This document shows positions 13,840 to 25,521 of a stretch of DNA of 64,000 nucleotides, one piece after another (the stretch's first letter is position 1; each line of letters begins with the position of its first letter). The position numbers and the translations under genes are program-made. The notes beneath the pieces were generated by a model. That model searched no databases. It worked only from the letters and a program-made list of their open reading frames with translations, and was not told the origin of the DNA. The stretch is from Octopus vulgaris (Eukaryota): contig OX597826.1 of NCBI GenBank assembly GCA_951406725.2, forward strand, positions 57,288,001 to 57,352,000. Direction: 5' to 3'.

Positions 13840-15575
13840 GCTGCATATTTCTTCATTTATTCATCATCTTTCCAAACAATAAGAGTGTCTAAAAAAAAAA
13901 TTGCATCATTATTTATTCATTTGTTTGTTTATTTATTTGACAAGCTAGATGCTGAACCAACACAATACTAAAAGTTAGAATGCAATGTGTAGTGCATGTG
14001 CATGTGCATGTCTGAGTGCGCATGTGTGTGTGTGTGAGGGGGAGAAAAATAGAGGGAAAGAGAGAGAGAGAGAGAGAGAGAATGCTGACTGAGTGATTCT
14101 GTTTCCACTTAGACATTTTTTTTTTTTTTTTTTTTTAAATATGAAATAAAATGAATTAGGGTGGAGGATTATAGTGACCCCTATTAAGAGCTTTTGCAAT
14201 CCCTAAAAAGAAATTTCAAATCATCTGGAATATTTTCAATGAAAGTTAAGACGTGAATGAATGTTATAAATTAAAAATAGAAACCCACTAACAAAATGTG
14301 AAAAGCTTATTGTAAAAATAAGGCGACAAGACACACTGGTCTCACATTATGAGTATTTTCATTTTCTTCTAAGTCCTTCCTATTCATTTAATATATTAAA
14401 AAAATTTTTTTTTCTGTTTCTTTTTTTTTTCTCACCACATACCATTTTGTGTCCTGCTAATATGCCTGTCGCTCCTGTCTTGCCCTGTTTCTCAATACCA
14501 AATATATAGCAAAGATGATGAGGACCAAATACAAAAGAAAGCATCATTACACCTGCTAGCTTAATAGCTATCTAACCCCCTTCATAAACACACACACACT
14601 CACACACACACACTCTCTCTTTCTCTCTTCTCAGTCTCCCTATTTTTTTTTCCACTTGCTAGTTTTTTGTCTTTTCTTTTTTCATCAGTTTGTTCTCCCA
14701 CACTTCACTTTATTTGGGCCTTTATTTTTTACAAGGAGGCAACAAGATACTTAACTTCACACCACACCACACCACACCACACCAGCAACACCATCAGCAT
14801 CATCACCACCACCACCAACCACAGATACTTTGAATCACTGAATGACTACATCACAAAAGTTTTGCTCAAATTTGAACTTGTTTATTGCAATCATTCACAC
14901 ATACACAGATGTGTGTGTACAGATGTATGTGTATACATGTGTGCATATATGAATATATAAACACATATATAAATACATATATATATATATATATATATAG
15001 GTAGGTAGTAGTAGATAGATAGACAGAGCAAGAAATATAATGAAGGGGTGTATATATTACACACACAACACACACATATATATATATATCCCTTGATATT
15101 CTTGCCTTTTATTACATCTATTAATTTCTCAGCCAACTGCTTTGCATGTATGTCAATATCCGAGCATGCATGTATGTAAGAAATTTGGGATGTATATTGT
15201 ATTTGTGGAACGAAAATATATGTGAGTGGGTGAGAATGCATAAGAGTGCCTGTGCAGATGTGAGAAGGAGTGTGCATGCATGTGTGAATGAGTGTTGATA
15301 TCTTAGAATTACAGTTTTACTTAAGCTATATACAAATGTAAGAAATGAAAGTTGCAAAATAAGATTGAGAAAGATAAAAAAAAAAAGACACTAACAAAAA
15401 CAACAAAGAAACAGTAACAACAAAGAATATTTCCTGCTTAAAAGACTGGAAATTTATAATGGAATGTCATAATTGAATTTTCACCCACAACATATCACTT
15501 CAAATAAGCATATACATATGAATAAACTACTGTCATATACACACCTGTCTTTATGTGCATGTGTCTGCATGTGAA

Positions 15576-15635
<60 letters not shown>

Positions 15636-15729
15636 GGTATGTATAAATGTGTGCATATATCTGGGTATAAACAAATAAACATAATATGTACCAAAATTTT
15701 AACAGAGATATAAATTCATTCATTCAATC

Positions 15730-16243
15730 AGATAAATACTGATATATGCATGTACTCAGAGTTACACATGTGCATACACACTTAGTTTAATACACAGAGA
15801 ATTTCCAGAGCAAAGAAAAAAAGGAGGGGAAAAGATAAATACTGATATATGCATGTACTCAGAGTTACACATGTGCATACACACTTAGTTTAATACACAG
15901 AGAATTTCCAGAGCAAAGAAAAAAAGGAGGGGAAAAGATAAATACTGATATATGCATGTACTCAGAGTTACACATGTGCATACACATTTAGTTTAATACA
16001 CAGAGAATTTCCAGAGCAAAGAAAAAAGGAGGGAAAAGATAAATACTGATATATGCATGTACTCAGAGTTACACATTTTCATACACACTTAGTTTAATAC
16101 ACAGAGAATTTCCAGAGCAAAGTAAAAAGGAGGGGAAAAGATAAATACTGATATATGCATGTACTCAGAGTTACACATTTTCATACACACTTAGTTTAAT
16201 ACACAGAGAATTTCCAGAGCAAAGAAAAAAGGAGGGGAAAAGA
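15730..16243. repeat. Minisatellite, 5 x ~103 bp
   Basis: Units start GATAAATACTG at 15731, 15834, 15937, 16038 and 16140 and are nearly identical. Confidence 0.97.
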
Positions 16244-16444
16244 AGAAAAAAAAACAGATGTACAGTACATTCCATGAGTTTTCACTATTCATCAACTGAA
16301 ATGAAGATCAGCATTGAAAATTAAATGAATGTTGAAATCATAAATCATAACAACGAAGATGAATGATTGATTGAGTGGTTATTACTGGCAATGGAGTGCA
16401 ACTGCCAATCCACCACTGCTCCACATGGCAGACATTAAAGTTGG

Positions 16445-16728
16445 ATGAGCCAACAAGAGGGACTTCTACATAGTCACTAAAACGTATATGCAAGAAATAG
16501 CAACCAAATCCCTCACAAATCACATGTTAGCATTTTGAAAAAAAATAATCAGGTGTGGTGATAGGCACAGGCATGGCTGTGTGGTGAGAAGCTTGTTTCT
16601 CACCCACGTGGTTCTGAGTTCAGTCCCACTGTGTGACACCTTGGGCAAGTGTCTTCTACTATATCCTCAGGCTGGCCAAAGCCTTGTGAGTGGATTTGGT
16701 AGATGGAAACTGAAAGAAGTGTGTCGTA

Positions 16729-16767
<39 letters not shown>

Positions 16768-17092
16768 GTCCATGTGTGAGTGTGTATCTGTGTTTTCCCC
16801 CATCACTGCTTGACAACTGGTGGTGGTGTGTTTGGCAAAAGAGACCACTAGAATAAGTACTAGGCTACAAAAAAATAATCCCAAGGGTCGATTTGTTCAA
16901 CTAAAACCCTTCAAGGTGGTTCCCCAGCATGGCCACAGTCAAATGATTGAAACAAGTAAAAGATAACAGATATTGAATAAAGTATCTTTGAGATATTAGG
17001 TCAGAAATAAAAGAAAAAAAGACAAGACTGTTACAGCTGGAATAATTTTTAAAATAGACTGTTTGATCAGAATTGACCTGTGGCTAAGCAGT
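16445..17092 (+). mobile_element. Old (CAA)n-tailed short retroelement (family X), split by a family A SINE
   Basis: 5' part 16445-16550 (GAGCCAACAAGAGGGA...GAAATAGCAACCAAATCCCTC) and 3' part ~16965-17092 match the copy at 54100-54332. Confidence 0.65.
16563..16963 (+). mobile_element. tRNA-derived SINE family A
   Basis: A box TGGCTGTGTGG, B-box-like AGTTCAGTCCC, conserved 3' CCAGCATGGCCACAGTCAAATGA..GAAACAAGTAAAAGA. Confidence 0.9.
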
Positions 17093-17114
17093 AATACCTA
17101 AAGTTAGATTTCAT

Positions 17115-17342
17115 TTAACCCTTTCGTTACCGTATTTATTTTGAGATGCTCTGTGGTTCTTTGAATTACTTTAAATATAACAAAGAATTTAGTAAAATAA
17201 CTTAGTTATCATTCAGCTTGTGTTAGGAACATAAATTATGACTAAGTTTTGGTGGAAGATTTTAATTCAAAACTTATAAAAACAAGACATTTGTACTCAG
17301 AGCCAGGGCTGGTTTCAGCCAGGTTGGTAATGAAAGGGTTAA
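17115..17342 (+). mobile_element. TTAA-targeting piggyBac-type MITE, family 1
   Basis: TTAA-CCCTTTCGTTACC ... GGTAATGAAAGGG-TTAA. Near-identical copies at 19459, 42263 (inverted) and 53399. Confidence 0.9.
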
Positions 17343-17454
17343 TGCAGAAAAATGTTATAAAGAAAGAAAGAAAGAGAGAGAGAGAGAATAAAATACGTGA
17401 TGTGTATGTATTACACTAATATATGGAACAGACATATTGAGGTATGAGAGAGGT

Positions 17455-17697
17455 GGTGCTAGATAAAAAATGCACTGATTATGGTGCCATGCAAAAAGAA
17501 CTAGTGATGGTGCTGTGTAAAAAGCACTGGTGAAGGTGCCATGTAAAAAGTACCCAGTATGCTCTGTAAAGTGGTTGACTTGTGGAAACCAAGCCAAAAC
17601 AAACTATGGAAGCTGGTGCAGCCCCTGGGCTTTCCAGTTCCTTTCAAGCTGTCCAACCCATGCCAGCATGGAAAATAGACATTAAATGACGATGATG
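17455..17697 (+). mobile_element. SINE family C 3' fragment ((TGA)n tail)
   Basis: Internal GGTGCCATGTAAAAAGCAC repeats and 3' GTCCAACCCATGCCAGCATGGAAAATAGACATTAAATGA, homologous to 31838-32071. Confidence 0.8.
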
Positions 17698-17956
17698 AGA
17701 GAGGGAGAGAGTAGTGTGAGAGGCAAGAAGGCAGAAAGGAGATATAGATTAAGTATATGATTATTAACAAGGCAGTGCCCCAGTATGACCACAGCTTGTG
17801 AGCTGAAACTAAATAAAATTAAAATTAAATAAAATTAAGGGATTCTGAGAGAGAGAGAGAGAGAGAGAGTGAAAGAGGGAGGAGGAAGAGAGTAGCAGAC
17901 AGACAGACAGATAAAGAGACAGAGCATGATTACTGACATGGTTTACAACATAGTTC

Positions 17957-17996
<40 letters not shown>

Positions 17997-19224
17997 AATA
18001 GAGAAAGAGAGAGAGACAGACAGACAGAATAAAACACATTATGTGTACTACACTAATATATGGGACAGACATATTGAGGTATGAGAGAGGTGGTGCTAGA
18101 GAAACTAAAAGAAGGAGAGAGGGGAAAGAGAATGACAACATGGTTATTGACACAGATTCTTATGGGTTTACATCATGGTTCCAAATATTTATTCTTTTAA
18201 CTCTAAGTCTGCTAACTATAACTCAATTAAATGTAAGTAAGTCTAACATCTTTTTGGCAAAATTTCCATAAACTACTTGTAAATTAAACATTGCAATCAT
18301 TTTGTCTGTGTAATAATATCAGTTTCTTCTCTCCAAACATTATATTAGGTTGATTTCTTAGGATTTATAACAGAGTGAAGACGAAGTTATTATACATTAG
18401 CTAAGTCCACCTTGCCTGCGATTGCTGCAACCATTACAGAAACCTGCAAATGTATCAAGACATGCCCAGACTGTCATAGTGGTGTCAGGAAAAATTGGAT
18501 TGCTTCTGCTGTAACAATTGCTCTCAGGGAAACTATTAACATGTACATGTATATTGAAAGGTATGAGAAGAACAGCATGTTAAGGTACAGGTAAGAGGTA
18601 CATATTGAAGTGTAAAGTGGTACTGCATCAATGTACAAGATGGGTAAAATGTTAAGGGCAGGTAAGGGTGACATGTGAAACTTTATGAGGAAAATACATT
18701 AAGGTTTGAGAAATGTGACACACAAAGGTGTAGGAAGGATGACAAAGGTGTTGAAAGAGGTAATAAATCAAGGTGTGTGAATAGAGGTGCATTAAGAAGT
18801 GGGAGGTGTAATGCATCAAAATATAGGAATAGTGATGAGTAATAAACAGTATGAGAAAAGGAGTAACAGAAAAAGTTACAGGTAGAGCTACATGTTGAGG
18901 TGTAAAAAGGTATCACATGGAGTATTATCATCATCATCAGTTAATGTCCACTTTAGTGTTTGCATGGATGAGGAGGAATTTGTTGAGGCAGATTTTTTTT
19001 CAGGTAGATGCACTTCTTGTCATCACCCCCTCACCAATTTCCAAGCAAGAAAATATTTTTCCACAGCCACATGTGGTTTTATTGAAACACTGAAATTGAA
19101 TAACCTTGCTTGAATGATGATGATGATGATGCTAAATTAGAACTATTGCATAATGGGAGAATGAAACACATGATGTGTACTACACTAAGATATGGTATAG
19201 ACAATGTATTAAGGTATGAGAGAG

Positions 19225-19700
19225 GTGGTACCACCTAAAAAAGCACAGGTAATGGTGCCACACAAAAAGAACTAGTGATGGTGCCATGTAAAATGCACTG
19301 GTGATGGTGTCACGTAAAAAGCACCTAGTGCACTCTGTAAAATGGTTGCCATTAGGAAGGGCATCCAACTGTAGAAAACAAGCCAAAACAAACTATGGAA
19401 TCTGATCTTTCTAGTTCCTGTCAAGCCGTCCAACAAATTCCAGCATGGAAAACAGACGTTAACCCTTTCGTTACCGTATTTATTTTGAGATGCTCTGTGT
19501 TTCTTTCAATTATTCAAAAATATAACAAAGAATTTAGTAAAATAACTTAGTTATCATTCAGCTAGTGTTAGAAACAGAAATTGTGACTAAGGCTTGGTGG
19601 AAGATTTTAATTCGAAGCTTATGAAAACAAGACATTTTACCACAGAGCCAGAGCCGGTTTTGGCTGGGTTAGTAACAAAAGAGTTAAATGATGATGATGA
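19225..19700 (+). mobile_element. SINE family C 3' fragment interrupted in its tail by a TTAA MITE
   Basis: ...CAGCATGGAAAACAGACG-TTAA-[MITE]-TTAA-ATGATGATGA. Confidence 0.8.
19459..19687 (+). mobile_element. TTAA-targeting piggyBac-type MITE, family 1
   Basis: TTAA at 19459-62 and 19684-87; same body as 17115-17342. Confidence 0.9.
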
Positions 19701-20122
19701 TATCTATACATATATGAGATATTCAGCTATCAGTTCCATTGTCTGGGGATCAATAAATTCTATGTATTTTGTATATTTGAACAGTGCAGCAAATTCTACA
19801 TTCCCTAATTTACCTATCAACTGATATAAAAAAAATAAGCTCATACATCATCTAAAACAGTAGTTCTTAACTTTTTGTAGTTTAACACCCCCTCTTTTGC
19901 GGAATGGCATTTTACAAATGCCCCATCCCTGTGTTTTGCCAATCCTATACCATTTCTACAAGAAAGAAAAAAGAAAGTAGCTAATTTAACACGTTTATTT
20001 ATGACCAATAATTTTCATAATGACCCACATCTGGTATGTGTCTCTTTTCAGATATTTGCCTGGACTAGTGCCCTGTTTGTTAAATATTTGTTGAAATTAC
20101 TACAAAAGAAAAAACAAGGAAT

Positions 20123-20535
20123 TTTACTCTCTTTTACCCTTTTACTTGTTTCAGTCATTTGACTGCGGCCATGCTGGAGCACCGCCTTTAATCGAGCAAC
20201 TCGACCCCGGGACTTATTCTTTGTAAGCCCAGTACTTATTCTATCGGTCTCTTTTTGCCAAACCGCTAAGTGACTGGGACATAAACACACCAGCATCGGT
20301 TGTCAAGCAATGCTAGGGGACAAACACAGACACACAAACACACACACGCATATATATATATATAAATATATACGACGGGCTTCTTTCAGTTTCCGTCTAC
20401 CAAATCCACTCACAAGGCTTTGGTCGGCCCAGGCTATAGTAGAAGACACTTGCCCAAGGTGCCACACAGTGGGACTGAACCCGGAACCATGTGATTGGTA
20501 AACAAGCTACTTACTACATAGCCACTCCTGCGCCT
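20123..20535 (-). mobile_element. tRNA-derived SINE family A, young full-length copy
   Basis: Complete head GGCGCAGGAGTGGCT on the minus strand through to the tail; many CpGs intact. Confidence 0.95.
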
Positions 20536-21139
20536 TATGCGAATTATGTAACAAAATTATTATTGCGCATTGGTACATCCTAATTCTGTTCACTAATGTT
20601 CTATTCATATTTTAATATTGACATTAAGAAATTTGTTTGAAAATGTGTTGTAAGATGTAAATATTGTTTTAAGATAAAGGTATAAATATTATTGAAAATA
20701 TAATAGCATTTATGATATAAACATTGTATAAAATATTGGCTTAAATACTTTATTTCATTGAAAAACTACACTTCATTAAACACCCAACATCTCACATGAT
20801 AAACTCACAACATTGACAAGGGGGTGCAAAATAATTGTGTTCAAAAGATCCACTAGTATCCTATGTAGAGGAAGAATTATATCTCATCTGAAGGTCATCA
20901 TAAAAATTGTGCCAGATAGATACTCAAGGCACAAGAGATTATGGAGAAATATATCAAGGTATAAGGTATCATATTTTTGTGCATATATCTTATGAAGGAG
21001 TACTTTGAATAAGTATGATATTGCCACACAGAGTTTTATTATTGGGATATTTTGATGAAATAGACTGCATGTAATTGGCATGAAGGTATTTGAGAAAAAA
21101 AACTGGAGGGAGTATAGGTGAGAAATTAGAGAGGTATTA

Positions 21140-21344
21140 TACAAAGGGAGAGAGAGAGTTGTGCATGTATGTGAGTGTAAATGTTTGAAGAGTTAAACAG
21201 GAGTAATAGAGAGAGTAAGTGGTATTTGGGGATAAGGTAAATGAAAAGCCAGTGTGGGAATAATGAGAGATAAGGTGAGATTGAGAGAGAAGGATAAAAT
21301 GAATAGTGAGTGGAAATTGAAAAGGAAAAAGGGAAGATAGAAAA

Positions 21345-21381
<37 letters not shown>

Positions 21382-21730
21382 GGGAGAGAGAGAGTGAGAG
21401 AGAGAGAGGGAGAAAGAGAGAGGGAGAGAGAGAGGGAGGGAGAGAGAGAGAAAGGCAGAAAATGAAAGAATGATAGCTAAGGAAAGAAACAGAATGGAAG
21501 AGGAAGAAAGAAAGAAAGAAAGAAAGAGAAACAAGAATGAAAAAGAGAGAGTGTGTGAGAGTGAGAGGGAGAGAGATAGATAGAGAGACACTGAAGGAAG
21601 TTACAGAGTGAAAGGAAGAGAGAATGAAGTTTAAGAGAGAGAAGAAAGGATAGGAGAGAGTTAATGAAAGGATAAAGGAGATAGAGAGAAGCCTGAGAGA
21701 GACAGAGATGGGAAAGGGATAAGCAGCAGA
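21140..21730 (+). repeat. Purine-rich (GA)n/(GAAA)n low-complexity tract
   Basis: Direct reading. Confidence 0.85.
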
Positions 21731-22214
21731 CTGAGGATGAGGATGGATATGTGGGCAGATATGTATGAATTATGTACATAATGATATCAAAAGTGTGTGA
21801 GGAATAAACTGAATAGATATATAAAGCAAAGAGTGATAGTGCATATGCAAGTGTGTGCATATATGTGGAAAGAGCGTATAGATATATATGAATAGAATGT
21901 CACACAAACAAACACATACAAACAACAACAAAATAATCATCTTTTTCCCAGCCTCCATTTTTATGTTGCCAAATAAACAATTTAATAAGCTTTATTATAT
22001 ATTTTTATTCATTTTTTTTTTTTTTTTACAAACTAAAAGGTCAACAAGCTGAATGCTTCATTTACGACTCCCTCAAGAATATAAAAGCTATGGGCTGGAT
22101 CTCTCCCTTGTGATAGCTGAAGTTATAAAAGGAGACTGTAAATGAAACATAAATAAAAAAGAGAGCAACAACAACAAACAAACAAACAAAAACACTTAAT
22201 TTACTAAAAGTTGT

Positions 22215-22268
22215 TTGGCGCCATTTTCTAAAAGCCCCGCCCAAGCAAGCAGACAACACACGCCCCCT
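22215..22268. promoter_or_regulatory. Candidate regulatory element: YY1-like plus two Sp/KLF GC boxes
   Basis: GGCGCCATTTT (22217-27), GCCCCGCCC (22234-42) and CACGCCCCC (~22259-66) within 50 bp of unique, AT-rich DNA. Confidence 0.35.
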
Positions 22269-22358
22269 AAAAGCTAATGTACACAACACCATATAACCTC
22301 TTTTAATTGCATCATGGATGCTTGTTAATTTTATTCCCTTCATCATTATCATTATTAT

Positions 22359-23240
22359 TGCTACAGGGAGGTGCCTTGCCTGTTCTGCAGTTGGAGAAGT
22401 GCACAGAATGATGAAACCATCCACCATACGCTCATTTAGTCTCTATGCATTACTGATTTGTGGGTTTATGTCTAACAGCTGTTAGCATATGCGGTATGGA
22501 TTCTGCTTTCAGCTAAGTTTATTGTGATGATCAAATTTAAGCCATCTTCTAGCAAAGAAGAGTAGGGACTCTTCTGCAGCTTCATAGCTATGACAAATGA
22601 AGTTGTATAGTAGATATAATTTGAAACATTTGAGGACCCAGTTCTTTCTATCAGTTCCAGCCATCTTAAATTTCTTTGAGTAACACTTGAAGAGGAATAT
22701 AAGAGTATAGAGGGAGTTGCTGCTCTCCAGTAAAATTTATAAACTGAAGATGGTGAAGGTAGGCCATTACGTTCTGAGTTCAAATTCCGCCGAGGTCGAC
22801 TTTGCCTTTCATCCTTTCGGGGCCGATTAAATAAGTACCAGTTACGCACTGGGGTCGATATAATCGACTTAATCCAGTTGTCTGTCCTTGTTTGTCCTCT
22901 CTGTGTTTAGCCCCTTGTGGGTAGTAAAGAAATAGGTAACATGGTTAAATGGACCTTGTTTAACATTGTGGTAGTAGGTTGGTAAGAAGAACTGAGAAAA
23001 GGCATTTGCTTTCAAAGGGTGAGGGTAATCCAGGGCGGTGTGTACATGTATGGTTGCACCCTGCCAGTTTGTGGTCTTTCTTTTATTTCTATTCATTATT
23101 ATCTAATTATTAATGTGTCTATATTGCTATCATTGTTTCATCCTTTTAATTGATGTAAATCTCCCACTGTTTCTTGCTGGTTTTCTCTTTTATATTTTGC
23201 TTTGTACTGTCCCCAATGTCTTGAGCCCATGCGGCCAATA
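22359..23240 (+). mobile_element. Decayed Tx1/L1-clade LINE 3' fragment (ORF2 zinc-knuckle region and 3' UTR)
   Basis: Fragmentary translation CYRE..LPV / QNDETIHHTLI*SLCITDLWVYV*QLL / HLKRNIRV*RELL, with stops and frameshifts. Ends GAGCCCATGCGGCCAATA. Confidence 0.65.
22763..22935 (+). mobile_element. ~184 bp SINE-derived unit (family D'), inserted into the Tx1-like LINE
   Basis: GTTCTGAGTTCAAATTCCGCCGAGGTCGACTTTGCCTTTCATCCTTTCGGGG...GCCCCTTGTGGGTAGTAAAGAAAT, near-identical to 39318-39604. Confidence 0.88.
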
Positions 23241-23361
23241 CTACTACTACTACTACTACTACCAACACTACTACCACCACCACCACTGATGCTACTGCTA
23301 CTATTGTTTAAATTGTTGTGTTGCTTTTGATGTTATTATTGTATCATCATCATCACCATTG

Positions 23362-23407
<46 letters not shown>

Positions 23408-23452
23408 GTTTTAATTGATTTTTGTTTGCCCTTGTGGCCAATAAACGAATGA

Positions 23453-23499
<47 letters not shown>

Positions 23500-23510
23500 G
23501 ATTATTATTT
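23240..23510. repeat. (CTA)n/(CAC)n/(TTA)n trinucleotide tracts
   Basis: Direct reading; includes a short LINE-tail-like piece GCCCTTGTGGCCAATAAACGAAT near 23428-23450. Confidence 0.9.
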
Positions 23511-23979
23511 TTTCTGACACTGTTGTTGAAAAGGACAGTGGAAATTATGCAGACAGTAAGGAACCAGCCAGACACAGCAATATGCTTCAGGGTTGCTATT
23601 TCAGTGCCTCATGCTTCTGAGTTCAAATCCCACTAGAGTTTTGTCCAGTACTTTTCTCCGGGCAAATTAAATACCACTGTACATTGGCTATTGGGAGAGT
23701 GGAAATGAGAATAATCCCTCCATCTGGACCTCATTTCTCCTGATGCTTACTGAAAATGAAATCAATAATATTAATAACACACACTTACTCACTTTCTCTC
23801 TCTCAAAGAAGGCAACGGTAGGCATAGCAAGGCATGGTTGTGTTCTTGGCATTCTGAATCCACAGCCAAGTTTCAATTCCCCATTAGAACAGAATCTTCT
23901 TTTTTTTTGTGCCAGAAATGTCTTGAGAATAGCAGTTAATGACACAATCTCATATTCCATTTCCTTGATATACATATCT

Positions 23980-24230
23980 CATCATCATCATCATCATCGT
24001 TGAACGTTTGTTCTCCATGCTAGCATGGGTTGGACGGTTCGACTGGGGATCTGGGAAGCCAGAAGGCTGCACCAGGCTCCGGTCTTATCTGGCAATGTTT
24101 CTACAGCTGGATGCCCTTCCTAACGCCAACCACTCTGTGAGTGTAGTGGGTGCTTTTTACGTGCCACCTGCACTGGAGCCAGGCGAGGCTGGCATCGGCC
24201 ACAGTCGGATTGGTGCATTTTACGTGCCAC
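23980..24230 (-). mobile_element. SINE family C 3' fragment with 7 bp TSD
   Basis: (CAT)n tail on the left. TSD CATATCT at 23973-79 and 24231-37. Homologous to 31838 and 45411 copies. Confidence 0.9.
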
Positions 24231-24409
24231 CATATCTATATATGATAATGATCAAATTTATTAATGATAACAATGATGATAATCTTTTTTTTTCTTTGTG
24301 TACAAGTATAAATTTTTGCCTGATGAAAATAAATGATTTCCTCAACACCCTGAGTATATTTCATCTGATTATTTGCATATTCTATGTTAATATTAGTTCG
24401 GAAAGAGAT

Positions 24410-25270
24410 TTAACCCTTACGCATAAAGATTATTCGGATCTTTTCCTTTTGAATGGCAGATGTCAACACAATTTCTAGTTAACTAAACACTTTTAAACTT
24501 CGTATACTGGTAGAATGTGTTTATAAAACATCACATTCTCTTGGTTTTATTGAGAAAATTCTATGGTTTGTAAGATATTTCGTCTGAAAATCCGAGCATT
24601 TCAGCAAATTTTAACCAATCGATTACCGCCATTCAACTAAAATCATTTGCTGTATCTAAAACTGAGACAACATCCTGTAACTAACCCTAACCCTAAGTTT
24701 TGTTGTCTTAATTGTTAAATTAATTTAATTCCATTGCTTTAGTTTTTTTTACACGCGTAACAATTAAATTAATTTAACAATTAAGAAAAAAAAAATTTAG
24801 GGTTAGGGTTAGGGTTAGGGGGGAGGTTTAGGGTTAGTTAGAGGATGTTGTCTCAGTTTTAGACGCAGCAAATGATTTTAGCTCAAAAGAGAGCATAAGA
24901 TTGGTTAAAATTCGAAAAATTAAATTACGTTAGACAAACAAATTACAATTCTCTCAAGAAAGCCAAGAGAAAAAAATGTTTTATTTTGACACATTCTACC
25001 AGTATACGAAGTTTGAAAGTGTTTAGTTAACTAGAAACTGTCTGCTGTTCAAAAGGAAAAGATTCAATTATTCTGTCAAATGAAATACTTATCCATTCAC
25101 ATTGTTTTGAATTAATCATACAATATTTCATGCTTTTGAAAATTTTATGTAAATCTGTTTTTAGAATGACATTGTAAAGTAGGTGTGAGAGGCCAGATCT
25201 GATCAGTTTGAACATGAAACAGGCAGAATATTTGGGCTGGGTATGGCTGGTTTACATGCTAAAGGGTTAA
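24410..25270 (+). mobile_element. TTAA-targeting MITE, family 2, split by a foldback element
   Basis: TTAACCCTTACGCAT...ATGCTAAAGGGTTAA. Removing 24433-25070 restores a sequence collinear with 45229-45652. Confidence 0.8.
24433..25068. mobile_element. 636 bp foldback (palindromic) DNA element with internal telomeric repeats and probable TA TSD
   Basis: Arms ~24433-24730 and 24762-25068 are reverse complements (e.g. TTTCTAGTTAACTAAACACTTT..AACTTCGTATACTGGTAGAATGTGT). (CCCTAA)2 at ~24681-96; (TTAGGG)4 at 24797-24820. TA at 24431-32 and 25069-70. Confidence 0.9.
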
Positions 25271-25521
25271 CATAAGCAGGATTTTACAGCTAGATGCTCT
25301 TTCCTGTTGCCACCTTTATCTAACCTGTTTATCAAGTAAAGGATATCTTTCTTACACAGGACTTCAGAAATACACAGACTAATCAATCTTAATATCAAAA
25401 CTGCTATATGTTTTATTGACAGATCTGCAAAGGAAGAGAATAGTTGATAGAATCAACAAGAATGATGGACATAACTAAATACTATCGAGAAACAAACCTG
25501 GAATATTAAATATGTGAAACT

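Noticed and set aside
15730-16243. CRISPR-like array
   Set aside because: Contiguous near-identical units without unique spacers; eukaryotic context, no cas genes.
20048-20501. Recurring short ORFs (RQASFSFRLPNPLTR, EDTCPRCH) at 20, 26, 40, 44 and 59 kb
   Set aside because: Translations of family A SINE copies, not a protein family.
24797-24837. Chromosome end or telomere-fusion scar
   Set aside because: Few repeats, embedded in both arms of a foldback element, and oriented CCCTAA...TTAGGG, the opposite of a fusion junction.
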